The notes under the pieces: model-generated
What the model saw: only the letters and a program-made list of their open reading frames with translations
The model's database searches: none
What the model was told of the DNA's origin: nothing
Translations under genes and position numbers: made by a program
Part shown: positions 28,801 to 37,593 of the stretch, one piece after another
Layout of the letters: each line of letters starts with the position of its first letter
Position numbering within the stretch: the first letter of the stretch is position 1
NCBI GenBank assembly: GCA_048882485.1
Contig: JBHLRP010000001.1
Location: forward strand, 96,001-160,000
Direction of reading: 5' to 3'
Length of the DNA stretch: 64,000 bases
Origin: Candidatus Thorarchaeota archaeon
GTDB taxonomy: Archaea; Asgardarchaeota; Thorarchaeia; Thorarchaeales; Thorarchaeaceae

Positions 28801-31800
28801 CAACACCTCTGACCGTCCTCTTTAGGCAAAAGGCTCGATCTGCAGCATTCGCAATTAGTGCTGCATTGCTGCTAGGTCTTTATTTGGCATCATTCGACCC
28901 CATTTCCAAGGCGCTTTTAGCCGTATTTGGTCTTGGGCTCATTGCGACGCCAGTTCTCAGCAAAGCCAATAGAGTGCTTCTTGCCTATCCGGTTGTCACA
29001 GGTGCTTTGCTCGCTTTCCTGTTTTGGCACTTGTATTTGTATACACTCGACGCGACGCTTGTTATTGCTGGTTATGTGGCAGTTGAATCAATGCTTCTCT
29101 CAATACCTGAGCAGCTTCGGACCAAGGTGACATGGACTGTTTTTGCAGCCTCAACTGGAATTGCTATAGCACTAGTCTTGAGCCCATTCATGACTATCAA
29201 CTTGGTGCTTGCCGTGTTGGTGGCCCTTGAAATCCTCCGGTTCATGCCGAGTTTGATTATAGGTGAAAGGACCGGTATGCTCTTGGGCATCGCTCGTGCC
29301 GCATTGGTTGGCGTATCAGTTTATCTACTGATCATTTCATGGATACCTTTACCGAATCCAATTAGACAACCTTTGATGGAGTTAGGTCTCTCCAGTCTAG
29401 CTGCAACAATGATTCTCGCTATCTCAATGAAGAACTTCATTTCTTCGGAAAGATACGTAGGTCTTCAATCTATAGCTGTCTTCAACCTCTGCTTCGTGAT
29501 ATTCTCATCCCTCTGGGAAATCATGTCCGTCGATGTCCTATATTCTGCATACATGGCAGGAATCCCGCTTCTTGCATTCACTGGAGTTCTTTCTAAGGGA
29601 GATACATTCAAGCGAGAGAGCTGGATGACGTCCTGCCTTGTAGCAACTGCGATGGTTTCATTCAGCTGGTTTACGTACTATCGTTCAATCGAATCTCTGT
29701 GGCTATGTGTTTCAACAGCTGTCTTTCTATTGAGTGCTCTAAGGCTAACCGATCCCAAGGGACTTGAGGACCTCCCAGGAGTCACTAACATTGCGATTGC
29801 TACTATGATTATCATGCTAGAGGTAATTTGGATCTGGCATTCCATGCTGGTTTTCCTCTCTGACATGAATGTCGTTCTCGCAGGAGTAGGCTTACTTCTA
29901 ACTCCCGTGATTCTGATGCCTTTCAGAGGTGCGATATCATGGGATATGTTTCGAATTCTATGGAGTGCCGTCAGTGCTATAATAGCAATATCATTAGAGT
30001 CCCTCATAACCGGTTGGGACTTGTATAGCCTATCCCTGCCTACAGAGCCATACCTTGCCGCAGGCATCATTCTATCATCATTCTCAGCTCTATCCACACC
30101 CGCCTATCTCTTGATTGAGGGCAAATTGGGAATCACTGAAAACCATCTTAGCGCTCGATTTAGCTGGAGTCCCAGTCTTGCTGGATGGGCCGCGATTGGT
30201 GCACAAATAGGCTCAAATCTCCTTGGAGAAATGCGTTTCATGCTGACGGTGGGAGGACTTGGATTTGCACTAGCTCTGCTTATCCTCTATCTTATCACAC
30301 CTGCAAGGCCAAGGACGCTCTTCATAGCTGATATCATCATGTTGGCCTCAGCCGTCGCTGGAGGAGTATGGGTTTGGGCTGAGCCGATACTCGGGCCTGC
30401 AGAGTTGATTGCACTCTTTCTCTTCGTGTGGTATATGCTGAGTTTGCCATTGACCCTTGCAGCGACAATCACTTTCCTTGGATGGCTAGCGACAAAGGGT
30501 AAGCAACTAGCTGCTGCATTTTCTCGATTTCTATCTTGGGCAAAGGAAATCTTTAGGAATAATAAGGCTATGTTTGCGACTATTCTACCTGTCTTGATAG
30601 GGGGTTTTGTATTCTTGTGGATTTATGATCCCTTGGATACATCAGCCATTCTTGGACTGCCGCACAGGAATTTAGCTTTCTCGATCAGCATAAGTCTGGT
30701 GCTAGTAGGCCTGTTATATTGGTTTGAAGCAGCTGCGCTAGAGCCGCAAATCGGTGATGAGCTTCAGTCGCCATCTGCAATCCTCACTGGATCTGGCGTA
30801 TACAACCTCATACTTCTCATGTCCCTAACAGCAGAATCCTACGAACTTCTTGAGCTAATATTCAGTATATCTTTAGCTGCATCTCTTGGTTTGATAGCGA
30901 CTCTTGCACAAGTCAGTTCGTTTTCCCAGAAGGTATGGATGAGAAAGAATGTAGGATGTCTGGGGCTCTCGCTATTTTTAGCAGCATTGACAGGATTCAC
31001 CTCCATCACTGGCTTACTACCGATGCATGCACTAGTATATGCAATTCTTATTCTCCTTGTAGTAGAAACACCTGTGTTTTGGACACAAGTGAAGGCTTTC
31101 TTCGCTATCCTTAGTCGCTACGGTGCAGTCATTATCAGAGCCATTAAGAATCTTGGAAGCTTCCTGCTTAGAATCTTCAGAAGCTTCGGATATGTCATGT
31201 GGACTTTCTTTGCTTTGCTCTTTGTAGTTGTCATAGGAATACTGAGTAGGCCTCTCTTCAGCGAGCTTCTGAATATGCCGCCTACTGGACTATTCTATGA
31301 GGTTCCAGGTTTCTCTATACCGACTGCAATCATTGGGCTATTGATGCTTTTCATTGCAATCGTACGGCGTCGTGTCAGAACACGGTTCGGCATTCTAAGT
31401 GGACTTTATGCCGCATTCGGTGGAGGAATCACTGCAATTGTGTTTCTCTTTGATCATGGGTATCAAGTTCTATCCCTATTCTCCGCGATAATTGCAATAT
31501 GCGGAACTGGCCTCATCCTCAAGGGAGAGCTTCAGCTTGATTCAAGGCGCATAACCTTACTCTGGCTACCAATCCCACCAAGCTTATCGGCGTCACTGTT
31601 CTACTACATGCTACCAAGTTCCAGCACACTGGATTCATTTTTACTTGCGATATTACTATCATTCACTCCAGCATTCATGCTGTACCTACTCTCAACCACA
31701 GTGAATTGGATTCCGAAGGCTCAGAGAGAATTACTCTGGAGTCTATTAGCCGTCATGACCGGAATCATCGCATACCTCGGTTCATACATTTTGATCATAC

Positions 31801-32135
31801 CCCCATTTGACCAAGTCGCTGGGATTTATCTAGGAGTCTTTGTGGCTTCCGTAATCTTCTATCCAGTGACAGCGAGAAGTGCAAGGCAGCTGTTCTTATC
31901 CCCTCTCTTCTTTGCATTGACGGGATTTGCATATACGTTTGTCCTAGGTCCTGTATATAGAAGTCTGCTGCTAGCCACGGCCGCATTTCTCTTCTTTGTG
32001 AGTCGTTACATTAAGGAGAAGGAAGCAATAAGCCCAAGGCTAGTTTATTTGCGTCTGACTGTGCTAATTGCTCTTGTGGCATCTATTGCGGCGTTTGGCA
32101 TAACGACTGGGCTTGAGATACTATCAGTTGGCTGA
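25878..32135 (+). CDS. Giant polytopic membrane protein of unknown function (2085 aa)
   Basis: Uninterrupted 6.26-kb ORF, hydrophobic throughout (roughly 55-65 TM by eye), no recognisable soluble domain. Confidence 0.85.
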   Translation: MQEKGFERASRWADRIQLFALIAVLLIVSAAVWLASYFLIQPFVQDNLVQMLIATSVSLALAGSILVWRRRVLSGTILLFMSAGVVALSLALLWQSMQASILSLHGFLLASIVILNSLRNREGISSETFRRIGWVLGPAILLTGPLAIALWLLEITYAIYFILAGFIGALSVYAIALQYLQKYAPLGVPNVIIVSLSPSMLTVDFLINSATLSPILLVSGFLVTLGATLLVTSQCARRVQSWAGKRWVRKSQKKRRTTLLEEIGLAAAVEEDEEGPPVPEEWIIVPEDANTLSGISLILVAAGIPSIFLWLSEPSIWGTEIHLVGPIAFIIGLLILGPSPVLFRLGERLTRDSEYMAVRAIGVAIVSVASVSGFLWTQYYLWPVFISFTISVVLFVAGMTGLFRWIRRIWRRIWLSIVGRLRNLKAWILHNMLIAGIIADLTLCIILFSYINPMLQSSPGYPISILGVLAAVFAGVGIVGLLIFRSLPSRHRYLSIALLLFLGSLALVTFWQFYYFMAVDVLDSVFYSLLWFLGSIALLRLGFNRIHTGLAYLPGVLAALFLTLMFEDPIQSNELPILTLLLVAILPGPILHIEYRKAGRWISDAAIRAGRALVLGVRRLGAALQRALISIGRFLLKFILISWAVFVLAGLAFVAWQWLAPFYSYDPLPIIGWISLAFFLAYAPAIGRAEESPSYLLQVCILGAALGLGVLVFFYTEILHAAVRLLASVSATCLAVTLAKSKFSETIRVYFVPTTWLMILALVCSWIFLETVISFGEIRSALLALALFGFGLLPLRLMGGPPRIVNALYIALAVPSATMLAHLYFANYVLSFILLLLVPIPVAYRQYWSAIVSIGTAALMALRVFLAYIAIHLVAAIALFSVIIASLLVYYLVPIFSLYSVPIAPTALTFILVCMCIWLPALHLRRSENLRLHSIALLILCAVVSLDLIVLLQITDPILNILGAATLFSVLFSISTPLTVLFRQKARSAAFAISAALLLGLYLASFDPISKALLAVFGLGLIATPVLSKANRVLLAYPVVTGALLAFLFWHLYLYTLDATLVIAGYVAVESMLLSIPEQLRTKVTWTVFAASTGIAIALVLSPFMTINLVLAVLVALEILRFMPSLIIGERTGMLLGIARAALVGVSVYLLIISWIPLPNPIRQPLMELGLSSLAATMILAISMKNFISSERYVGLQSIAVFNLCFVIFSSLWEIMSVDVLYSAYMAGIPLLAFTGVLSKGDTFKRESWMTSCLVATAMVSFSWFTYYRSIESLWLCVSTAVFLLSALRLTDPKGLEDLPGVTNIAIATMIIMLEVIWIWHSMLVFLSDMNVVLAGVGLLLTPVILMPFRGAISWDMFRILWSAVSAIIAISLESLITGWDLYSLSLPTEPYLAAGIILSSFSALSTPAYLLIEGKLGITENHLSARFSWSPSLAGWAAIGAQIGSNLLGEMRFMLTVGGLGFALALLILYLITPARPRTLFIADIIMLASAVAGGVWVWAEPILGPAELIALFLFVWYMLSLPLTLAATITFLGWLATKGKQLAAAFSRFLSWAKEIFRNNKAMFATILPVLIGGFVFLWIYDPLDTSAILGLPHRNLAFSISISLVLVGLLYWFEAAALEPQIGDELQSPSAILTGSGVYNLILLMSLTAESYELLELIFSISLAASLGLIATLAQVSSFSQKVWMRKNVGCLGLSLFLAALTGFTSITGLLPMHALVYAILILLVVETPVFWTQVKAFFAILSRYGAVIIRAIKNLGSFLLRIFRSFGYVMWTFFALLFVVVIGILSRPLFSELLNMPPTGLFYEVPGFSIPTAIIGLLMLFIAIVRRRVRTRFGILSGLYAAFGGGITAIVFLFDHGYQVLSLFSAIIAICGTGLILKGELQLDSRRITLLWLPIPPSLSASLFYYMLPSSSTLDSFLLAILLSFTPAFMLYLLSTTVNWIPKAQRELLWSLLAVMTGIIAYLGSYILIIPPFDQVAGIYLGVFVASVIFYPVTARSARQLFLSPLFFALTGFAYTFVLGPVYRSLLLATAAFLFFVSRYIKEKEAISPRLVYLRLTVLIALVASIAAFGITTGLEILSVG

Positions 32136-32648
32136 GAAATCAGCTCTCACCCTGGATAGAAATTCATCAGCCTCTCCTGAATTCCTAAGGACGATTATTG
32201 TCTTGCTCTCAGAGTTCTGTGATAAGATCTTGTCAATTACTGGACGACTTCTCTTTGGATAGTTCCATATCCACTTAATGAAGTCAAGGTCTATCTTCTC
32301 ATAGCAACCTGGAGCCAACTCTGGTCGGACCTGTCCTCTATGCAAAAGCCGTCTCTTGAACACACGCCAGAAGGACACTCTTCTTGGCACATCAAGGAAA
32401 ATTGCTGTATCAGCACGCTTGATCCTCATTTCAAGCGTAGATGAATAGTTACCATCCATAACCCAGCTATCCTGCGAAATTAATTCGCCCACAACCTCAA
32501 ACCAATCTTCCTGGGGTGTTTCAGCCCAGTCTGGTTTCCAATAATATGAATCTAGGTGAATGCATGGAACACCTATCAAGTCAGCAAGATTCTCTGCAAA
32601 GGTGGACTTTCCGGATCCAGATGGCCCAAGCACTAGGACGCGTTTCAT
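32124..32648 (-). CDS. P-loop kinase, FlaR/topology-modulation (adenylate-kinase-like) family
   Basis: GPSGSGKST, IHLD.YYW.P.W, WVMDGNY, RPELAPGC.EKID. Confidence 0.88.
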   Translation of the reverse strand: MKRVLVLGPSGSGKSTFAENLADLIGVPCIHLDSYYWKPDWAETPQEDWFEVVGELISQDSWVMDGNYSSTLEMRIKRADTAIFLDVPRRVSFWRVFKRRLLHRGQVRPELAPGCYEKIDLDFIKWIWNYPKRSRPVIDKILSQNSESKTIIVLRNSGEADEFLSRVRADFSAN

Positions 32649-32715
32649 TGGCAATCAGATGATTTGCCCCTAGAGATAAGCCCACCGATATGTGTGCACC
32701 TTTTAACCGGGGATA

Positions 32716-34398
32716 TTGGAATTATTATTGAGGGTGATTATGGGAGTTTCTAGAGGTGAACTTGCTCTTTCAATCATGATGCGAGATTATGTGAGAGTTG
32801 AAAGACTAGTTGACATGAAAACTCAGGAGATTGGCTGGACGAAGACAGCGAAACATCTTGCACGGCTCAGAAATTGTGAAACTGTTCCTGGAAATTCGCT
32901 CTTTCCTATTCGAAAGGGAACATTTCGAGATTCCATGATTAGGGTGCTAGGATTAGAGTCCATTAGCGGAATAGACACCGACCTTCTTATTGGATTTCGT
33001 GAAATCAACGCCAGCAATCTAAATGAACTTCGCAGAGAGATTATGGAGCTATCGCTTGACATTCTTCGAAATCAGATCAGACAAAGAAACACGTTCTTTC
33101 TTGACACCGATGCAATGTCAACCTCGCCGTATGCAATCCTTGTCGCAGACCTACTTGAATCTAGATGTGCGGAGATTTCTGATCTTGCATCCAAGCCTAG
33201 TCTATGGGAAGTCTTCTCAACCTACTATGGATTTGTAGTCATCACCACTGGATCCGTAGAGAATGGCTTCGCTGGCGCGTCCAAGGAGGCAATAGAAGGT
33301 ATTGAGAACTTATCTCAGCAATTTGGTGACCAGGTCAAGATTCCAGCGAGACTAATTAAGCAATCCAAAGCCGCCTTCAGCAATTGCTCGCATTACACGA
33401 AGAAGTTGCTTTGGAGCCTTCTCCGGGTGGCCGCTTCTGGTTATGATAAGCGTTCAACCGCGGTTCGAGAGCTTGGAAATCTAGGGGACGAAAGGGCGCT
33501 TACTCTTTTGCACTCCAGATTGGAGTCAAATAGCGGATGGGTGATGCCTCCCCTCATTGAAGCAGTAGGGAAGATTGGTGACCCTAGCTCATTGGAGCTA
33601 TTGAGGAAGCTGCTTGATGGACGATACACAAAGAAGAACGCAATTCTTGCCTTGGGAGGAATCAGACATCCCTCAGTGCTGAGCCACATTAAGAGCGCCA
33701 TGGACTCCGAAAGACATCTGGAAACTCCGGGGATAATGGCTCTTGGTGAAAGCAGACATCCTGATGCAGTGCCAATTCTCCTCAAGATTCTCAGGACAAA
33801 GAGGGGGAGAAAGAGAGTTCATGCCATGTATTCTCTTCTAAATATTGGGAAGGAAGGAATTGAGGTCTTGAAAACAAACAGGAACTTCATCTCTGGGGCC
33901 ATTAGAAGCTCTGGCGTTCCGGGAAGAGCCATTGAGATTGCTCAAGCCCTGCCAAACTTCCAATGGGGAACTGCAGAGATTGAAGCGATTGCGAAGGTCA
34001 TTACTAAACGCACTCACATGAAAGGTCTCGCTGAAGTATTGCGAGAGCTACCGGAAGTCCTCAGCGATGTTCGAATAGTCGGTGCTATAATCCGAGTATA
34101 CAGAGATGCATATTCTCAAGAAACGACTCGAAGCAGTCAATCCTATTCCTATTACTCCTATAGGTCAAGAAGGAAATCAATGAGGGCTCTTAGAAAGGTG
34201 CGTGAATTGGAGCGAGCCCGAGTTATTGATGCAATAGCTCAATCAATTCTATTGGCAGAAGGCTCAATTCAATCAGCGAGGATGATCGCCAGCTGCGAAC
34301 ATCTTATGAAATACTCCACTCTGCGTGATGCAGTGATGCAAGTCCTCAACAAAGGAAAACCTTGTATTCTGACTGCATTTGAATCATGGTTTAGGTAA
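32716..34398 (+). CDS. HEAT-repeat (PBS lyase-like) protein; start may be ATG 32815
   Basis: Repeats LGNLGDERAL, VGKIGDPSSL, LGGIRHPSVL, LGESRHPDAV. Confidence 0.8.
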   Translation: MELLLRVIMGVSRGELALSIMMRDYVRVERLVDMKTQEIGWTKTAKHLARLRNCETVPGNSLFPIRKGTFRDSMIRVLGLESISGIDTDLLIGFREINASNLNELRREIMELSLDILRNQIRQRNTFFLDTDAMSTSPYAILVADLLESRCAEISDLASKPSLWEVFSTYYGFVVITTGSVENGFAGASKEAIEGIENLSQQFGDQVKIPARLIKQSKAAFSNCSHYTKKLLWSLLRVAASGYDKRSTAVRELGNLGDERALTLLHSRLESNSGWVMPPLIEAVGKIGDPSSLELLRKLLDGRYTKKNAILALGGIRHPSVLSHIKSAMDSERHLETPGIMALGESRHPDAVPILLKILRTKRGRKRVHAMYSLLNIGKEGIEVLKTNRNFISGAIRSSGVPGRAIEIAQALPNFQWGTAEIEAIAKVITKRTHMKGLAEVLRELPEVLSDVRIVGAIIRVYRDAYSQETTRSSQSYSYYSYRSRRKSMRALRKVRELERARVIDAIAQSILLAEGSIQSARMIASCEHLMKYSTLRDAVMQVLNKGKPCILTAFESWFR

Positions 34399-34716
34399 TA
34401 GAACCTAGATGAGTGACTAGTATCACTCGTATCTTCCGAGCAGCGGTTTCAATAGGCACCCTAACTCGTTGCTGCTTCTCATGCATTTGATTGAGGACCT
34501 ATCTTGACTTATAATTGAGCTACGCTGGCGGAAATATTCATATACAAAACGGGGGGCACCCTGAATGGGTGTTCGAATGAAGACGGAATATCTCAAAGGA
34601 TGAAACCCGCACAACACACGACTTCTTACGCATCATGCCGTGTTGTTGAGCGGCAGGATGCATGTGACACTCGAACATCATATCAATCCCCTACGATTCT
34701 GGGGAGGTACTAAACG

Positions 34717-35709
34717 TTGAAACAAACTACAATAGAAATAGAAGACCTGTCTAAGACTTTCATTAGTGTTAGAAGAAGAGCAATCGTGGTTCCCGTAGAG
34801 AGGAAGAGAGTCGAGGCTCTAAAGTCAGTATCACTGGATATTCCGCATGGGCAGGTCTATGGTCTCCTGGGACCGAATGGAGCCGGAAAGACGACGCTCA
34901 TCAAATGTCTGGCGACTCTAGTGATACCTACCTCGGGCACTGCCAAGGTGATGGGTTTTGACATTCTCAAGGACCCTACTCACGTGAGAGCCTGCATGGG
35001 AGTATGTCAGGGCAATGAGCGATCCATCTATTGGAAGCTCACTGCGCGAGAGAACCTCATTTTCTTCAGCAAGCTGTATCGTATGCCGCACAATGAGGCA
35101 AAGGATCGAGCAGACGAACTTCTGGGGAGAATGGGCCTACTGGAGAAAGCTGACGAGAAGACGGAGAATCTTTCGCATGGCATGCGCATGAAGATAGTCT
35201 TCGCACGGTCTCTGCTCCACGACCCTCCGATTCTGCTGTTCGACGAACCGACGCAAGGGCTCGATCCAACATTCGCATCGGATCTCAGAACTTACATTAA
35301 GCAAGAGCTGCGTGACAAGACAATTCTGCTGACGACACACTACATGCATGAAGCGGACCTACTCTGTGACAAGATTGCTCTCATCAATGAGGGAGAGATT
35401 AAGAGCTTTGGAACACCTCATGACTTGAAGGAAGAGGTACGCGACTATGACAGCCTTCACATGAGGCTTGTTGGCACACCAGACCTGGAAACCATCAATA
35501 GCATGGACATGGTTATGTCGGCTTCGATGACAGAGAGGAATGGCCATTCGGACTTGGTCGTCACGGCACAGGATGGATACGAGCTAGCCCATAAGCTGCT
35601 TAACTTGATGCATAGCACAGCTGGAGTCAAAGTCGAACACTTCGAGGTCAAGGAGCCAACTCTTGATGACGTGTTCTTGAAACTGACTGGAAGGAGGATT
35701 GAGGATTGA
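34717..35709 (+). CDS. ABC exporter ATP-binding subunit (DrrA-like)
   Basis: GPNGAGKTT, LSHGM signature variant, LLFDEPT, TTHYM, EPTLDDVF. Confidence 0.95.
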   Translation: MKQTTIEIEDLSKTFISVRRRAIVVPVERKRVEALKSVSLDIPHGQVYGLLGPNGAGKTTLIKCLATLVIPTSGTAKVMGFDILKDPTHVRACMGVCQGNERSIYWKLTARENLIFFSKLYRMPHNEAKDRADELLGRMGLLEKADEKTENLSHGMRMKIVFARSLLHDPPILLFDEPTQGLDPTFASDLRTYIKQELRDKTILLTTHYMHEADLLCDKIALINEGEIKSFGTPHDLKEEVRDYDSLHMRLVGTPDLETINSMDMVMSASMTERNGHSDLVVTAQDGYELAHKLLNLMHSTAGVKVEHFEVKEPTLDDVFLKLTGRRIED

Positions 35710-36611
35710 CAGAAACCTCACTTGCCTCAAAAGAGGCGCGTGCATTCCCCAATGGCTCTGAGTATCTGGTCAAGTTCAAGCCGGTCCTATTTGACTGGAA
35801 GGCTGCAATAATCATTGCGAAGAAGAACCTCAGACTGGCAATCAGGTATCCCGCGAATCTTCTGATTTGGGGAATATTACCGGTCTTGTGGTTTGCACCA
35901 TTCATCCTAATGGCGACGGCGATTGCAGGTCCAGAGGCAACCACACATTTCACTGAGCTGTCTGGGTTTGACGACTATATCACCTTCTGTGTCATCGGAT
36001 GGTTTGTGATCATGTTTCTGGACAATAGTATATGGGGTATTGGCAACAACTTCAGATGGGAGCAGTTCAGCGGAACCCTTGAACCATTGTTCATGGCACC
36101 AGTGCCAAGAGTGAGCCTACTATTGGGAGCGGCTTTCTCGGACAGCCTTCAGGCTGTCTTCCAGACGATTGTCCTGGTTACAATCTCCAGCCTCATATTC
36201 GGGCCACTCTATACATTGACACAGATACTGCCAATTGTCGTGATTCTGCTTGTGATGATCATTGCATTGTATGGATTCGCCTTCATGGTTGCAGGGTTGA
36301 TTATTGTGTTCAAGGATCCGAGTGTCTTGACACAGTTGGTTTCGGAAGTCACTTGGATGATCTCGCCTGTTCAATATCCCTTAGCTGTCCTTCCAGGACC
36401 TGCGAGATTCGCAGCATATCTGATTCCAACCACCCTCGCGATAGTGACTATCCGGGAACTAGCGATAACTGGAGTCATGAACCTGATAGGGTTCTTGTCA
36501 ACATTAGCAGGGCTGGGAATCATCGGGCTCTTGTTCTGGATTCTAGGAATGGGGTCATTTAGCTACGCAGAGAAATGGTCTCGACAACGAGGCCATATGG
36601 GAGGGTTCTAA
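35706..36611 (+). CDS. ABC-2 type permease
   Basis: About 6 TM, EQFSGTLEPLFMAP, YP...LP. TTGA overlap with the ATPase gene. Confidence 0.9.
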   Translation: MTETSLASKEARAFPNGSEYLVKFKPVLFDWKAAIIIAKKNLRLAIRYPANLLIWGILPVLWFAPFILMATAIAGPEATTHFTELSGFDDYITFCVIGWFVIMFLDNSIWGIGNNFRWEQFSGTLEPLFMAPVPRVSLLLGAAFSDSLQAVFQTIVLVTISSLIFGPLYTLTQILPIVVILLVMIIALYGFAFMVAGLIIVFKDPSVLTQLVSEVTWMISPVQYPLAVLPGPARFAAYLIPTTLAIVTIRELAITGVMNLIGFLSTLAGLGIIGLLFWILGMGSFSYAEKWSRQRGHMGGF

Positions 36612-36612
36612 G

Positions 36613-37500
36613 ATGACTGAAACGATTGAAGTCAAGAATTCAACCATCTTCGAAAAGATGTGGAAAAGGGAAGGCCTGCGAGCGGAGCTAAGGGCAGCCA
36701 ACGCATTAGCCATCAAGCAATGGAAGGTTGAATTCAGCTATCCTCTTAGTGTGCTTTGGTTTATCGTAATGCCTCTTCTTTGGTTCATCCCTCTTCTACT
36801 TACGGGAGTTGCGGTAAGCGGAGGAGCGGAGTCTACATACCTCGAAAGGATGGTTGGCACGGGTGACTGGTTGAGCTATGTCGCAATTGGCAGCGCATAT
36901 GCCGGGCTAGCTATCAGTATGATGTGGGGCACTGGATTCGCTCTCCGTCGAGAACAGAATGTGGGCACTCTTGAGACCCTGATGTCAACGCCAATGAGCA
37001 AAGGAACTCTTGTCTGGGGGTCTTCACTCCATAATCTTCAACATGGGGGCCTCGGAGTTATTCTCCAACTGATAGGCGCAGTCGCCATATTTGGAGTGCA
37101 GCTCGATATCTGGGGAGTACTACCGGCTCTAGGAGTAGTAGCTCTATCTATCATTGCGATGCAGGGACTCGTCTTCACAGTTGTCTGCATCATCCTGCTG
37201 GCCAAACAGGCATGGATGGTGGTCGAGCTACTGTCAAGTGTATTGTTCCTGGTAGCTCCGATGTCCTACCCAATTGCGGTGTTGCCACCAGTCCTCCAGT
37301 ACATATCAATGGTATCTCCATTGACATGGTCTGTAGAGGGCTTTCGTGGATTCTTGATGGGCAGCCTCGGTGGCTCTCTCGTGGTGAATGCCATCATTGC
37401 ACTCATAGTGTTGGATGTGGTGTTCCTTGTACTGGGCGTCCTCATGTTCAGATATACTGAGGAATATGTCAGAAGAAAAGGTGCACTCTCGCAGTTCTAG
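36613..37500 (+). CDS. ABC-2 type permease
   Basis: About 6 TM, EQNVGTLETLMSTP, YPIAVLP, SPLTW. Confidence 0.9.
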   Translation: MTETIEVKNSTIFEKMWKREGLRAELRAANALAIKQWKVEFSYPLSVLWFIVMPLLWFIPLLLTGVAVSGGAESTYLERMVGTGDWLSYVAIGSAYAGLAISMMWGTGFALRREQNVGTLETLMSTPMSKGTLVWGSSLHNLQHGGLGVILQLIGAVAIFGVQLDIWGVLPALGVVALSIIAMQGLVFTVVCIILLAKQAWMVVELLSSVLFLVAPMSYPIAVLPPVLQYISMVSPLTWSVEGFRGFLMGSLGGSLVVNAIIALIVLDVVFLVLGVLMFRYTEEYVRRKGALSQF

Positions 37501-37510
37501 AGAGAATTCC

Positions 37511-37553
37511 AAAAAAAGAGATAGAATGGCAAGGAGGTTGACCCCCTTGCCAT
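37511..37553. terminator. Hairpin terminator between convergent genes
   Basis: ATGGCAAGG-N10-CCTTGCCAT (37526-37553), with an A7 run at 37511-37517 that reads as a U-tract on the minus strand. Confidence 0.65.
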
Positions 37554-37593
37554 GTCATTTCTTAGACTGGTATTTAATCAGTCCTATCCAATG

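Noticed and set aside
34423-34617. 64-aa minus-strand ORF
   Set aside because: It overlaps the promoter/leader of the ABC operon and has no supporting features.
34570-34677. SECIS element or tRNA/SRP RNA
   Set aside because: The flanking genes have no in-frame UGA, and I could not recognise a cloverleaf, T-loop or SRP motif.
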